Below, in pieces: positions 26,064 through 33,245 of a stretch of 34,540 nucleotides of DNA (positions within the stretch are counted from its first letter, which is position 1; the number at the start of each line of letters is the position of its first letter). The translations under genes were made by a program, and so were the position numbers. The notes beneath the pieces were generated by a model that saw only the letters and a program-made list of their open reading frames with translations, was not told where the DNA came from and did no database searches. Where the stretch lies: positions 1 to 34,540 of the forward strand of contig JBHHXV010000001.1 in the NCBI GenBank assembly GCA_046757225.1, written 5' to 3'. The stretch is from a bacterium. Lineage in GTDB: Bacteria > SZUA-182 > JBHHXV01.

Positions 26064-26326
26064 TCATGCTTCATACTTATCAGGGCAGCCGGTCATCAGT
26101 TTGGTGGCGTTCATAAAACCGTCCTTGCTCAGTTTTCCTTCTACGACTACATGCACGCCGTATTTAAAGCTGTCGGGAACTGTTTTAGAATAATATATCT
26201 TCTTTGATTGGTAATAACCTGGGAGACTGAAAGGTAACCGTTGTTACGGGATAAAAACCAGTAAAAAATAAACGAGGCGGCGACCGCCATTATCGGTATA
26301 ATTATAAGGAGCTGCTTTTTTTTCAT
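26064..26326 (-). pseudogene. ccmE: CcmE-like heme chaperone remnant (CXXXY type): frameshifted and missing the central OB-fold segment
   Basis: Frame a, from ATG 26326, gives the membrane anchor MKKKQLLIIIPIMAVAASFIFYWFLSRNNGYLSVSQVITNQ and stops at 26147. The -1 frame, from about 26205, reads KKIYYSKTVPDSFKYGVHVVVEGKLSKDGFMNATKLMTGCPDKYEA* (stop 26064..26066). That is the CcmE C-terminal third, with C-PDK-Y replacing H-xxx-Y. About 45 aa expected between the two pieces are absent. Confidence 0.6.
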
Positions 26327-26354
26327 CTTCGATACTTTTACCGTGGAAGACCTT

Positions 26355-26435
26355 GTGTGGAGCTGGCTTTCCACGGGGGTTGACAACCTTTTTTCATCAC
26401 CTGGGGATAATGAAAGGCCCTTCATGAAAAGTTTT
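26355..26435 (-). repeat. Repeat S, copy C (diverged), in the 5' UTR of the ccmE-like gene
   Basis: Sense (minus) sequence: AAAACTTTTCATGAAGGGCCTTTCATTATCCCCAGGTGATGAAAAAAGGTTGTCAACCCCCGTGGAAAGCCAGCTCCACAC. It keeps the outer stem CTTTTCAT/ATGAAAAG, the CCCC tracts and the ..CTCCAC end. The inner hairpin shows a C-G to A-T paired change relative to copies A and B. Confidence 0.65.
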
Positions 26436-26447
26436 AAAATGAACCAA

Positions 26448-26476
26448 ATAGTACCACATTCATCAGATTGCTTCAA
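26448..26476 (-). promoter_or_regulatory. Candidate sigma70 promoter for the ccm string
   Basis: Minus strand reads TTGAAG (26476..26471), 17-nt spacer, TACTAT (26453..26448). The predicted TSS lies a few nt before the first base of repeat S copy C. Confidence 0.45.
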
Positions 26477-26549
26477 TAACCCTTCTTTAGCCCGGTTTAT
26501 TCAAGCATAAACTTGGCTGACATTTGCCAGACCCCAGAAAATGAATCAG

Positions 26550-26657
26550 GCCAACGTCCATACAAAATTTGTTAGCCCAAAAAAGTTGAAGGGAAACTGA
26601 AGTAACTATTTTCAACAACATATCATCTGCTTTGCTATGATTCCCGAATTATTCGGG
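26550..26657. repeat. Repeat D, copy 2 (intergenic, between the ccm promoter region and the pheT promoter)
   Basis: Same sequence as 20721..20833. The ~80-nt core agttgaaggg...attcggg is identical apart from the absent taaaa. The 5' 35 nt are about two-thirds identical. Confidence 0.8.
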
Positions 26658-26674
26658 TTAGTGATCCGATGTTG

Positions 26675-26703
26675 TTGACGTGCGGCGTAAGAACAGCTAC
26701 AAT
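26675..26703 (+). promoter_or_regulatory. Sigma70 promoter for pheT, implying a leaderless or near-leaderless mRNA
   Basis: TTGACG (26675..26680), 17-nt spacer, TACAAT (26698..26703). The pheT ATG is at 26712, only 8 nt after the -10 element, and there is no SD. Confidence 0.55.
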
Positions 26704-26711
26704 TATCAGCT

Positions 26712-28838
26712 ATGATTATAAGTTATAATTGGTTAAAAGAATATGTCGATTGTTCCCTGTCTCCCCGGGAGTTGGCCCAAAACCTCACCATGTCCGGTCA
26801 GGAGGTGGAAAAAATTACCCTTATGGAGGATGACGCCCTCCTGGAAATCGGGGTTACGCCCAACCGGGGGGACTGCCTGAGCGTTTACGGCATTGCCCGT
26901 GATCTGGCCGCCTGTCTGGAGCTTGAGCTGAAAGAACCGGCAGCTCCCTCCCCGGTCAGGGAAGACGGCGGCTCCCTCCCGGAAATAAAGATATCCGAGC
27001 CTGATCACTGCTTTCGCTATGTCTGCCGCCGGATATCGGGGGTCACGATTTCTCCTTCCCCGGACTGGCTGTCCCGGCGGCTGGTTGCTGCCGGAATCAG
27101 ACCGGTGAACAATGTGGTGGATGTCACCAACTATATTCTGCTGGAATTCGGCCAGCCCCTGCACGCCTTTGATTACGAAAAACTTTCGGGAGATCTTATA
27201 AATGTCCGGCTGGCGGAACAGGGAGAGGTCTTTTCGGCCCTGGACGGCAGAGTAATCGAGCTGGATTCCGATATGCTGGTGGTGGCCGATGATCGGCAGC
27301 CGGTCGCTCTGGCCGGTATCATCGGCGGAGCCGGCTCAGAGGTAAGCTCTCATACTACCGAAATCCTGCTGGAGGCCGCCTGTTTTAATCCGGCCACGGT
27401 CAGGCGCTCGGCCAGGCGGCTGGGCTTTCAGACCGAATCTTCCTTCCGGTTTGAAAGGGAAATAGATCGGGAGGCGACTGCTGACAGATTAGCCAGGGCC
27501 GTTGACCTGGTTGCCCGGCTGTGCCCGGAAGCCAGGATAGGAAAGCGCCGGGAACTGACCCCCCGGCCTTATGAAAAGGTAACAATCGGTTTTCGCTCCG
27601 AACGGGCCAATCAACTGCTGGGAACCTCTCTTTCCCGGGAGCGGATGGAGAAGATCCTTGCTGATCTGGGAATTATCATGCAAAGTGACCGCTCGGTTTC
27701 TCTCCCTTCCTGGCGGCCTGATTTAACCAGAGAGGTGGACTTGATCGAAGAGATCGCCCGGGTTTATGGCTACGACAACATTGTCAGCCGCCCCCCCAAA
27801 GGGGTTCAAGCCCGGCCGGCCGACTCCCTGGTTCAGCGGATTGAAACCAAGGCAAGGAAAACGCTGGCTGCCTGCGGTTTTAATGAAACTATAAATTTTA
27901 GCTTTACAAAAAAAGACGCCTATTATAAACTGTTACAAAGGGGAGGGGATGATGACAGGCCGCCAGGCCAGGAGGGGGAATCACTCTGTGAGAGGGAACG
28001 ACTCTCCCGGCACTTGAAGCTCTTTGCCCCTGATGGCGGAGTGGAACTGGTTTGCCTGCAGAACCCTTTAAGCGGCGACCATGAGGTTATGCGTCCTGAT
28101 CTGCTGGCTTCCCTGCTGGATAACGCTGATTGGAACCGTAAACACCACGACCGGGAGACCGCCCTTTTTGAGATCGGAGCTTGTTATCTCAAACAGGCCG
28201 GCAAGATTAAAGAGTTGCGGTATGTCGGCGGGATTGCCGCCGGTGCCCTCGGTTCGGCCGGGTGGAGAAAAACTGAGAAACCGGTTGATTTCTTCACTTT
28301 AAAAGGGGTGGTGGAAGTTGTGCTGGACTGCCTTGGGATTGATGAGTGTAAAAGCCGCGCATCCGATTACCGGTTTTTACACAAAACCCGTCAGGCGAAT
28401 ATCTATTGTCACAATAGATTGATCGGTTTTTTAGGAGAGGTGGTTTCGGAACTGCTCCCTGATATGCGGGAACGGGTTTACCTGTTTCAATTGGAACTGG
28501 GGGCTCTCACCGAATTCGCTCTGAAACCGGTCACCTACCGGCCGGTTTCCAGGTATCCGGCTGTCAATCGGGATTTAAGCGTGGTTGTTCCCAGAGGAAC
28601 AAGCTCTCAGGAAGTAAAAGACTATATCCTGGAGAAAAAGGTTTCTTTTTTGCAGGGAATCGAACTTTTCGATCTCTTCGAGGGAGAGCAGGTTGGCCCG
28701 GGAAACAAAAGCCTGGGGTTTTCCCTGCGTTATCAATCGGAAAAGGGAACCTTGACTGACGACCGGGTCGATTCGGTCCACCAGTCGATTATCCTGGATT
28801 TGCAGGAGCGGTTTCAGGCACATTTAAGAAAGGCCTGA
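26712..28838 (+). CDS. pheT: Phenylalanine--tRNA ligase beta subunit, short form lacking the N-terminal OB-fold tRNA-binding (B2) domain
   Basis: MIISYNWLKEYV...MSGQEVEKI runs directly into ..LLEIGVTPNRGDCLSVYGIARD. The E. coli protein has about 105 aa of OB fold between these blocks. B3/B4, B5 (SWRPDL..E.DLIEE.AR.YGYDNI), the catalytic-like domain and the C-terminal FDX-ACB domain (SR.PAV.RDLS..V) are all present. Confidence 0.85.
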   Translation: MIISYNWLKEYVDCSLSPRELAQNLTMSGQEVEKITLMEDDALLEIGVTPNRGDCLSVYGIARDLAACLELELKEPAAPSPVREDGGSLPEIKISEPDHCFRYVCRRISGVTISPSPDWLSRRLVAAGIRPVNNVVDVTNYILLEFGQPLHAFDYEKLSGDLINVRLAEQGEVFSALDGRVIELDSDMLVVADDRQPVALAGIIGGAGSEVSSHTTEILLEAACFNPATVRRSARRLGFQTESSFRFEREIDREATADRLARAVDLVARLCPEARIGKRRELTPRPYEKVTIGFRSERANQLLGTSLSRERMEKILADLGIIMQSDRSVSLPSWRPDLTREVDLIEEIARVYGYDNIVSRPPKGVQARPADSLVQRIETKARKTLAACGFNETINFSFTKKDAYYKLLQRGGDDDRPPGQEGESLCERERLSRHLKLFAPDGGVELVCLQNPLSGDHEVMRPDLLASLLDNADWNRKHHDRETALFEIGACYLKQAGKIKELRYVGGIAAGALGSAGWRKTEKPVDFFTLKGVVEVVLDCLGIDECKSRASDYRFLHKTRQANIYCHNRLIGFLGEVVSELLPDMRERVYLFQLELGALTEFALKPVTYRPVSRYPAVNRDLSVVVPRGTSSQEVKDYILEKKVSFLQGIELFDLFEGEQVGPGNKSLGFSLRYQSEKGTLTDDRVDSVHQSIILDLQERFQAHLRKA

Positions 28839-28869
28839 GAGAACAGATTACATTGGGTGCAAGGGGAAA

Positions 28870-29304
28870 ATGGCTTTCGCTACTCTCGATAGTTTAGAGC
28901 AGAGAATCGCTCAGTTCAGGCAGCAGTTTCAGCAGATCAAAGCGGAGAAAACCGAGCTTTCCCACCAGCTGAAGCAGTTGCAGAATGATCTGGTGGAAAA
29001 GGGAAAGCTGGCCAGTAAGGTTGACCGCCTTCGGGATGAGTCGGCTGAAAAAGACGGTCAGCTTGACCAGCTCCGGAATGAGTTGGCCGAGAAAAACAGC
29101 CGGATCGATTACCTGCAGAATGAGCTGGCAGAGAAAGACGGCCGGATTGCCGAACAGGATCAGAGAATAACCGATTTACAAAACCAGGAAGGCCACCTGA
29201 AAGAGATTGAGCGGCAATTCAATCAAATCAACGGTGAACAACATGAGGTCCAGGATAAACTGGAGATTCTGTTGAAAGACCTCGATGAAATCGACGCTGA
29301 ATAA
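28870..29304 (+). CDS. Coiled-coil protein, ZapB-like (cell-division associated)
   Basis: 144 aa, almost entirely heptad coiled coil with internal NELAEK(N/D)(S/G)RI repeats, located directly upstream of zapA. Confidence 0.45.
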   Translation: MAFATLDSLEQRIAQFRQQFQQIKAEKTELSHQLKQLQNDLVEKGKLASKVDRLRDESAEKDGQLDQLRNELAEKNSRIDYLQNELAEKDGRIAEQDQRITDLQNQEGHLKEIERQFNQINGEQHEVQDKLEILLKDLDEIDAE

Positions 29305-29376
29305 GGGTTTGAGCAAAAAACCCCGAGTTTTAATCGGGTAAAAGAGAAGGAACAATAACGTAAAGTAAGGTGTAAC

Positions 29377-29682
29377 TTGACTGCCAAGACAAGGGTCGAA
29401 GTTAACGTTTTCGGCAAAAGCATTATCATCCAGAGTGAACTGGATCATGAATATATTAAAGAGATTGCCGAATACGTGGATCAAAAAATGGATGAGATAA
29501 ATTCTTCCGCTAAAATCAATTCAGAAGTCAAGCTGGCGATTTTAGCCTCTCTGAACATCGCCGAAGAAATGTTCAGGTTAAAGAAGATCAAAGATGATAT
29601 GGTGGATAAGCTAGAAGAAAAGAGTTCAAGACTGATTAATCTGTTGACGGATGATCCATGGGAAGCGGAAGTCAACGATTGA
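29377..29682 (+). CDS. zapA: Cell division protein ZapA
   Basis: 101 aa, V.V.IFG..Y.I....D.EYI...A.YVD.KM.EI pattern. TTG start with an AAGGTG SD 4 nt upstream. Classic position upstream of 6S RNA and 5-FCL. Confidence 0.75.
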   Translation: MTAKTRVEVNVFGKSIIIQSELDHEYIKEIAEYVDQKMDEINSSAKINSEVKLAILASLNIAEEMFRLKKIKDDMVDKLEEKSSRLINLLTDDPWEAEVND

Positions 29683-29689
29683 TCGGTAT

Positions 29690-29880
29690 AAGGGTTTCCC
29701 CCTGTAGTGCCCGTGATGCAGGGAAATTTTTTGGACCTATAAATCTTACAAAGGGAGTCTGATTCCTGGCCGTGGGCGCCCTCTCCGGAGGGTACTTTAA
29801 CGATCAGCGGAGATGGCACCCACCTGGTTTTCCAGGGTCAAAAAATTACCTCACACGACAGTACGGGGGGACTTTAATTC
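29690..29880 (+). ncRNA. ssrS: 6S RNA (ends approximate)
   Basis: Conserved synteny zapA - ssrS - 5-formyl-THF cyclo-ligase. By hand, 29697..29737 pairs with 29836..29871 as a long interrupted helix (CCCCCTGTA/TACGGGGG; CGTG/CACG; TTTTTTG/CAAAAAA). Inner helices GTGGGCGCC/GGCACCCAC and CCCTC-tccg-GAGGG leave a central asymmetric bubble. This is the rod-like 6S architecture. Confidence 0.65.
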
Positions 29881-29965
29881 ATGCTTTTCCCCCCCCTATC
29901 ATAAATTCTCGCCCGCTCTAATTTCCCCCTTGTAAAAGTCGGGTTTGCCCTTCCGGCAGACATAC

Positions 29966-30574
29966 ATGACTGACGAACCAAGCCTGTCAATACGATATCG
30001 GAAGAAACTGGTCCGGGACCGGGTCTTGAATATTCGCAACCGTTTGTCGGATGCCGGGATCGCGGTCAAGAGCCGGAGGATTACCGATCTCCTGTTAAGC
30101 AGGCTTGATCCGGTAAAAAAAGCCTCGGTTGTAATGGGGTATTTATCTTTCGGGAGCGAAGTCCGTACCGACTCTTTTCTCCAGGAAATGTTCAAATCCG
30201 GGAAAGAAATCGTTGTTCCGGCGGTTTACCCTGACACGAAGAAAATAAAGGCTTATCCGATTAATAATCTGGATAAAGACCTGACCAGGGGACATTATGG
30301 AATAAGAGAACCGGTAAACCGGCGGTATCCGGCCGGTTTGGGGAAGATCGACCTTGTTCTGGTGCCGGGAGTGGCCTTTGACCTGTCAGGAAACAGAATC
30401 GGCTATGGAGCCGGATATTACGACCGGTTTCTGGCGGGTGCAGATCCTGGTTTGTCAAAGGTTTCAGTTTGTTTTGAGTGTCAGTTGAGGGAATCGATTC
30501 CCGTGGATGATCATGATATCGGAGTGGATTTTATCGTTACTGAAGACCGGCTGATAAAATGTGACGCATGCTGA
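29966..30574 (+). CDS. 5-formyltetrahydrofolate cyclo-ligase
   Basis: R..........S..I...L.......A..V..Y.....E........GK....P.......GHYGI.EP........IDL.LVPG.AFD..G.R.GYG.GYYDR.L, the canonical MTHFS pattern. ATG 29966 is preferred over the track's TTG 29945. Confidence 0.8.
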   Translation: MTDEPSLSIRYRKKLVRDRVLNIRNRLSDAGIAVKSRRITDLLLSRLDPVKKASVVMGYLSFGSEVRTDSFLQEMFKSGKEIVVPAVYPDTKKIKAYPINNLDKDLTRGHYGIREPVNRRYPAGLGKIDLVLVPGVAFDLSGNRIGYGAGYYDRFLAGADPGLSKVSVCFECQLRESIPVDDHDIGVDFIVTEDRLIKCDAC

Positions 30575-30594
30575 CTGGTTCAGCATGCTTTTTT
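30566..30594 (+). terminator. Rho-independent terminator overlapping the 5-FCL stop codon
   Basis: GCATGCTGA-ctggt-TCAGCATGC, a 9-bp perfect stem, followed by TTTTTT. Confidence 0.8.
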
Positions 30595-30622
30595 AATATC
30601 TCTTAATAAGGGGGCGAAGCCC

Positions 30623-32182
30623 GTGGAAGTTTATTATTTTATTGCTTTAGTGATAGTCTCTTCGTTTTCGGTTTTTGTGGGATATCAAATTCGCCGTAAT
30701 TTAACGGAAAGCAAGCTGGTTAACGCTGAAGAGCTTTCCGACAAGATTGTCAAGGAGGCGGAAAAGGAAGCGGAGACCAAACGCCGGGAAGCCAGCCTGG
30801 AAGCCAAAGACAAGTTCGGTAAAAGAAAATTAAAGTTTGAACAGGAAATAAAGGAGCGCCGCCAGGAACTCGCTTTACAGGAGAACCAGTTGAACTCCCG
30901 GAAGGAAAACATCCGGAAACGCTACGAACTCCTGGATAAAAAGGAATCCGACTTATTGAATAAGGAAGACAGTATCCGCTCGCTGCAGGAGAATCTGGCG
31001 GAAAAGGAGCGTGATTGCGACGAGCTTCTGGTCAGTCACCGGGTGGCGCTGGAGCGGGTATCCCAGATAAGCGCCGAAGAAGCCAAGGAAGAATTGAAAA
31101 AGCTGATGGAGGCGGAAGCCAGACGGGAATCCGCTATCAAGCTCAGAATGATTGAGGAGGAAACCAAGGAAACCGCTCATAAACAGGCTCATAAAATCAT
31201 TTCCACGGCCATCGGCCGGATAGCTTCCGAACAGGTGGCGGAAACCACGGTTTCCGCGGTTGTGCTGCCCAGCAATGATATGAAAGGGCGGATAATCGGC
31301 CGGGAAGGCAGAAATATCCGGGCTCTGGAAAAGGCTACCGGAATCGATCTGATTATTGACGATACCCCCGATACCGTAGTTCTCTCCGGATTTGACGCAG
31401 TGAGAAGGGAGGTCGCCAGGATATCCCTGGACCGCCTGATCAATGACGGCCGGATCCACCCGGCCCGAATAGAAGAAGTAGTCAATAAAGTAAGAAAAGA
31501 AATGGATCAAAACATCAAAGAAACCGGAGAGCAGGCGACTTATGACGTCAATATTCATGGAATACACCCGGAACTGATAAAAACCCTGGGACGGCTCAAA
31601 TATCGGACCAGCTATTCTCAGAACGTGCTGCAGCATTCTCTTGAGGTGGCTTTCCTGGCCGGCATGATGGCGTCCGAATTAGGGGTGGACGGCAAGCTGG
31701 CCAAGCGGGCGGGTCTGCTGCATGATCTCGGCAAGGCGATAGATCATTCCATCGAAGGCCCGCATGATCAGATAGGAGCTGATTTAGCCAGGAAATACCG
31801 TGAATCTCCCGTGGTGGTTAACGCCATTGCCGCTCATCATGAAGCAGTCGAGTACAAAAGCGTGGAAGCGGTGCTGGTTCAAGCGGCTGACGCTCTTTCC
31901 GCCGCCCGTCCGGGAGTTCGGAGGGAAAATCTGGGGTCTTATATCCAGCGGATGGAAAATCTGGAAGAAATCGCCCGGTCATTTTCCGGAATAAATCGTT
32001 CTTATGCCATCCAGGCGGGCCGGGAATTACGGATAATGGTGGATCAGAAGAAGGTATCCGATAAGGATTCCGGGATTCTGGCCCGTGATATCGCTCATAA
32101 GATAGAGGGTGAGCTGAAGTATCCCGGACAGGTGAAAGTGACGGTTATCCGGGAATCCCGGGCAGTGGAATATGCCAAATAA
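30623..32182 (+). CDS. rny: Ribonuclease Y
   Basis: N-terminal TM helix, coiled coil, KH domain (GRIIGREGRNIRALE) and HD domain (HS.EVA......A.ELG......A.LLHD.GK). 519 aa, GTG start. Confidence 0.9.
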   Translation: MEVYYFIALVIVSSFSVFVGYQIRRNLTESKLVNAEELSDKIVKEAEKEAETKRREASLEAKDKFGKRKLKFEQEIKERRQELALQENQLNSRKENIRKRYELLDKKESDLLNKEDSIRSLQENLAEKERDCDELLVSHRVALERVSQISAEEAKEELKKLMEAEARRESAIKLRMIEEETKETAHKQAHKIISTAIGRIASEQVAETTVSAVVLPSNDMKGRIIGREGRNIRALEKATGIDLIIDDTPDTVVLSGFDAVRREVARISLDRLINDGRIHPARIEEVVNKVRKEMDQNIKETGEQATYDVNIHGIHPELIKTLGRLKYRTSYSQNVLQHSLEVAFLAGMMASELGVDGKLAKRAGLLHDLGKAIDHSIEGPHDQIGADLARKYRESPVVVNAIAAHHEAVEYKSVEAVLVQAADALSAARPGVRRENLGSYIQRMENLEEIARSFSGINRSYAIQAGRELRIMVDQKKVSDKDSGILARDIAHKIEGELKYPGQVKVTVIRESRAVEYAK

Positions 32183-33245
32183 TGATGAACCCAGAAGTAA
32201 AAAAACTGTTTTCGTCCTTATTTTAGCGCTTTCTCTGTTACTTTTAGCGGAAATCGGTTCCCGGACGATTTGGGTGTTGCTGTATGATGTTCCTTTCTTC
32301 CAGCCGGAAACCATCCCTCTTCACCGTTACTACCCCCAGCTATACTCTAACGTAAGTCAGGAACCGATCAAAAAAGGTGATGGATTTTTCGATATCTTAC
32401 TGCTGGGCGGTTCGGTCCTGGCGCAGGGCAAAATAAAAAAGCTGTTACTGGAAAAGTGCGCTTCCCGCACCGGTAAAAGAGTACGGGTTCATAATCTGGC
32501 TTTTTGCGCCCATACTTCGTGGGACAGCCTCTATAAATACCAACACCTGTCAGACAAGAACTTTGACCTGATTTTAGTCTACCACGGGATTAATGACGCC
32601 AGAACCAATAACTGCCCTCCCGAATTTTTTAAAAGCGACTATTCACATTATTCCTGGTACAGTGAGATAAAGCTGTTCGAACGCCATAAGGAGATCGGAA
32701 TCTTAACCCTTCCCTGTTCGCTGGATTATCTGCGGTACAGCCTGGAAAAACAGCTCGGTCTGACCAGATACCTCCCCCGACACAATCCTATTAGGAAATG
32801 GACTGAGTATGGAAAAGACGTTAAGACCTATCTCCCGTTTAAACATAATCTGACTCAAATAGTAAGAATTGCCCAACAGAAAAAAGAGAATCTTATTTTA
32901 ATGAGCTTTGCCTCTTATTTACCGAAAGGGTACACGTACCGGAAATTTATCCGTAAGGCGATTGATTACGGTTTCAAAGGTAATCCCTCTTGCCCTGCTG
33001 AACTATGGGGAAAACCCAAGTTTGTAGCTAAAGCGATCTCCAAGCATAACACCGCCATCAAGGAAACCGTAACCCATTTTAATTTTGTCAGATTTGTGGA
33101 TCAGAAGAAACTTATTCCCCGAAGCGGTCTCTATTTTAAAGATATCTGCCATCTTACCCCCCGGGGCTGCCGGAAATTCGTGGACAACCTTTTACCGGTT
33201 ATTGTAAAGTTGGCGGGAAACAGAGATTTACGGGCAAAGCGATGA
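32172..33245 (+). CDS. Membrane-anchored SGNH/GDSL-like hydrolase-fold protein, unknown function
   Basis: N-terminal TM helix, then degenerate SGNH blocks: LLLGGSV (block I, GGS rather than GDS), YHGINDA (block III) and KDICHLT (block V, DxxH). It overlaps the rny stop by 11 nt and has an ATGA overlap with ymdB. It looks more AT-rich than its neighbours by eye. Confidence 0.5.
   Translation: MPNNDEPRSKKTVFVLILALSLLLLAEIGSRTIWVLLYDVPFFQPETIPLHRYYPQLYSNVSQEPIKKGDGFFDILLLGGSVLAQGKIKKLLLEKCASRTGKRVRVHNLAFCAHTSWDSLYKYQHLSDKNFDLILVYHGINDARTNNCPPEFFKSDYSHYSWYSEIKLFERHKEIGILTLPCSLDYLRYSLEKQLGLTRYLPRHNPIRKWTEYGKDVKTYLPFKHNLTQIVRIAQQKKENLILMSFASYLPKGYTYRKFIRKAIDYGFKGNPSCPAELWGKPKFVAKAISKHNTAIKETVTHFNFVRFVDQKKLIPRSGLYFKDICHLTPRGCRKFVDNLLPVIVKLAGNRDLRAKR

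Noticed and set aside
26195-26215. Programmed -1 ribosomal frameshift joining the two ccmE frames
   Set aside because: The junction (AAT CAA AGA AGA) is not an X XXY YYZ slippery heptamer, and I see no downstream stimulatory structure. Even the joined product would lack the OB-fold core.
26327-26476. 50-aa N-terminal extension of the track ORF 26147..26476 (MKQSDECGTIWFILKLF...)
   Set aside because: Its first 17 codons lie upstream of the predicted promoter -10 and TSS, and the rest is repeat S copy C. The membrane-anchor start MKKKQLL at 26326 fits CcmE.
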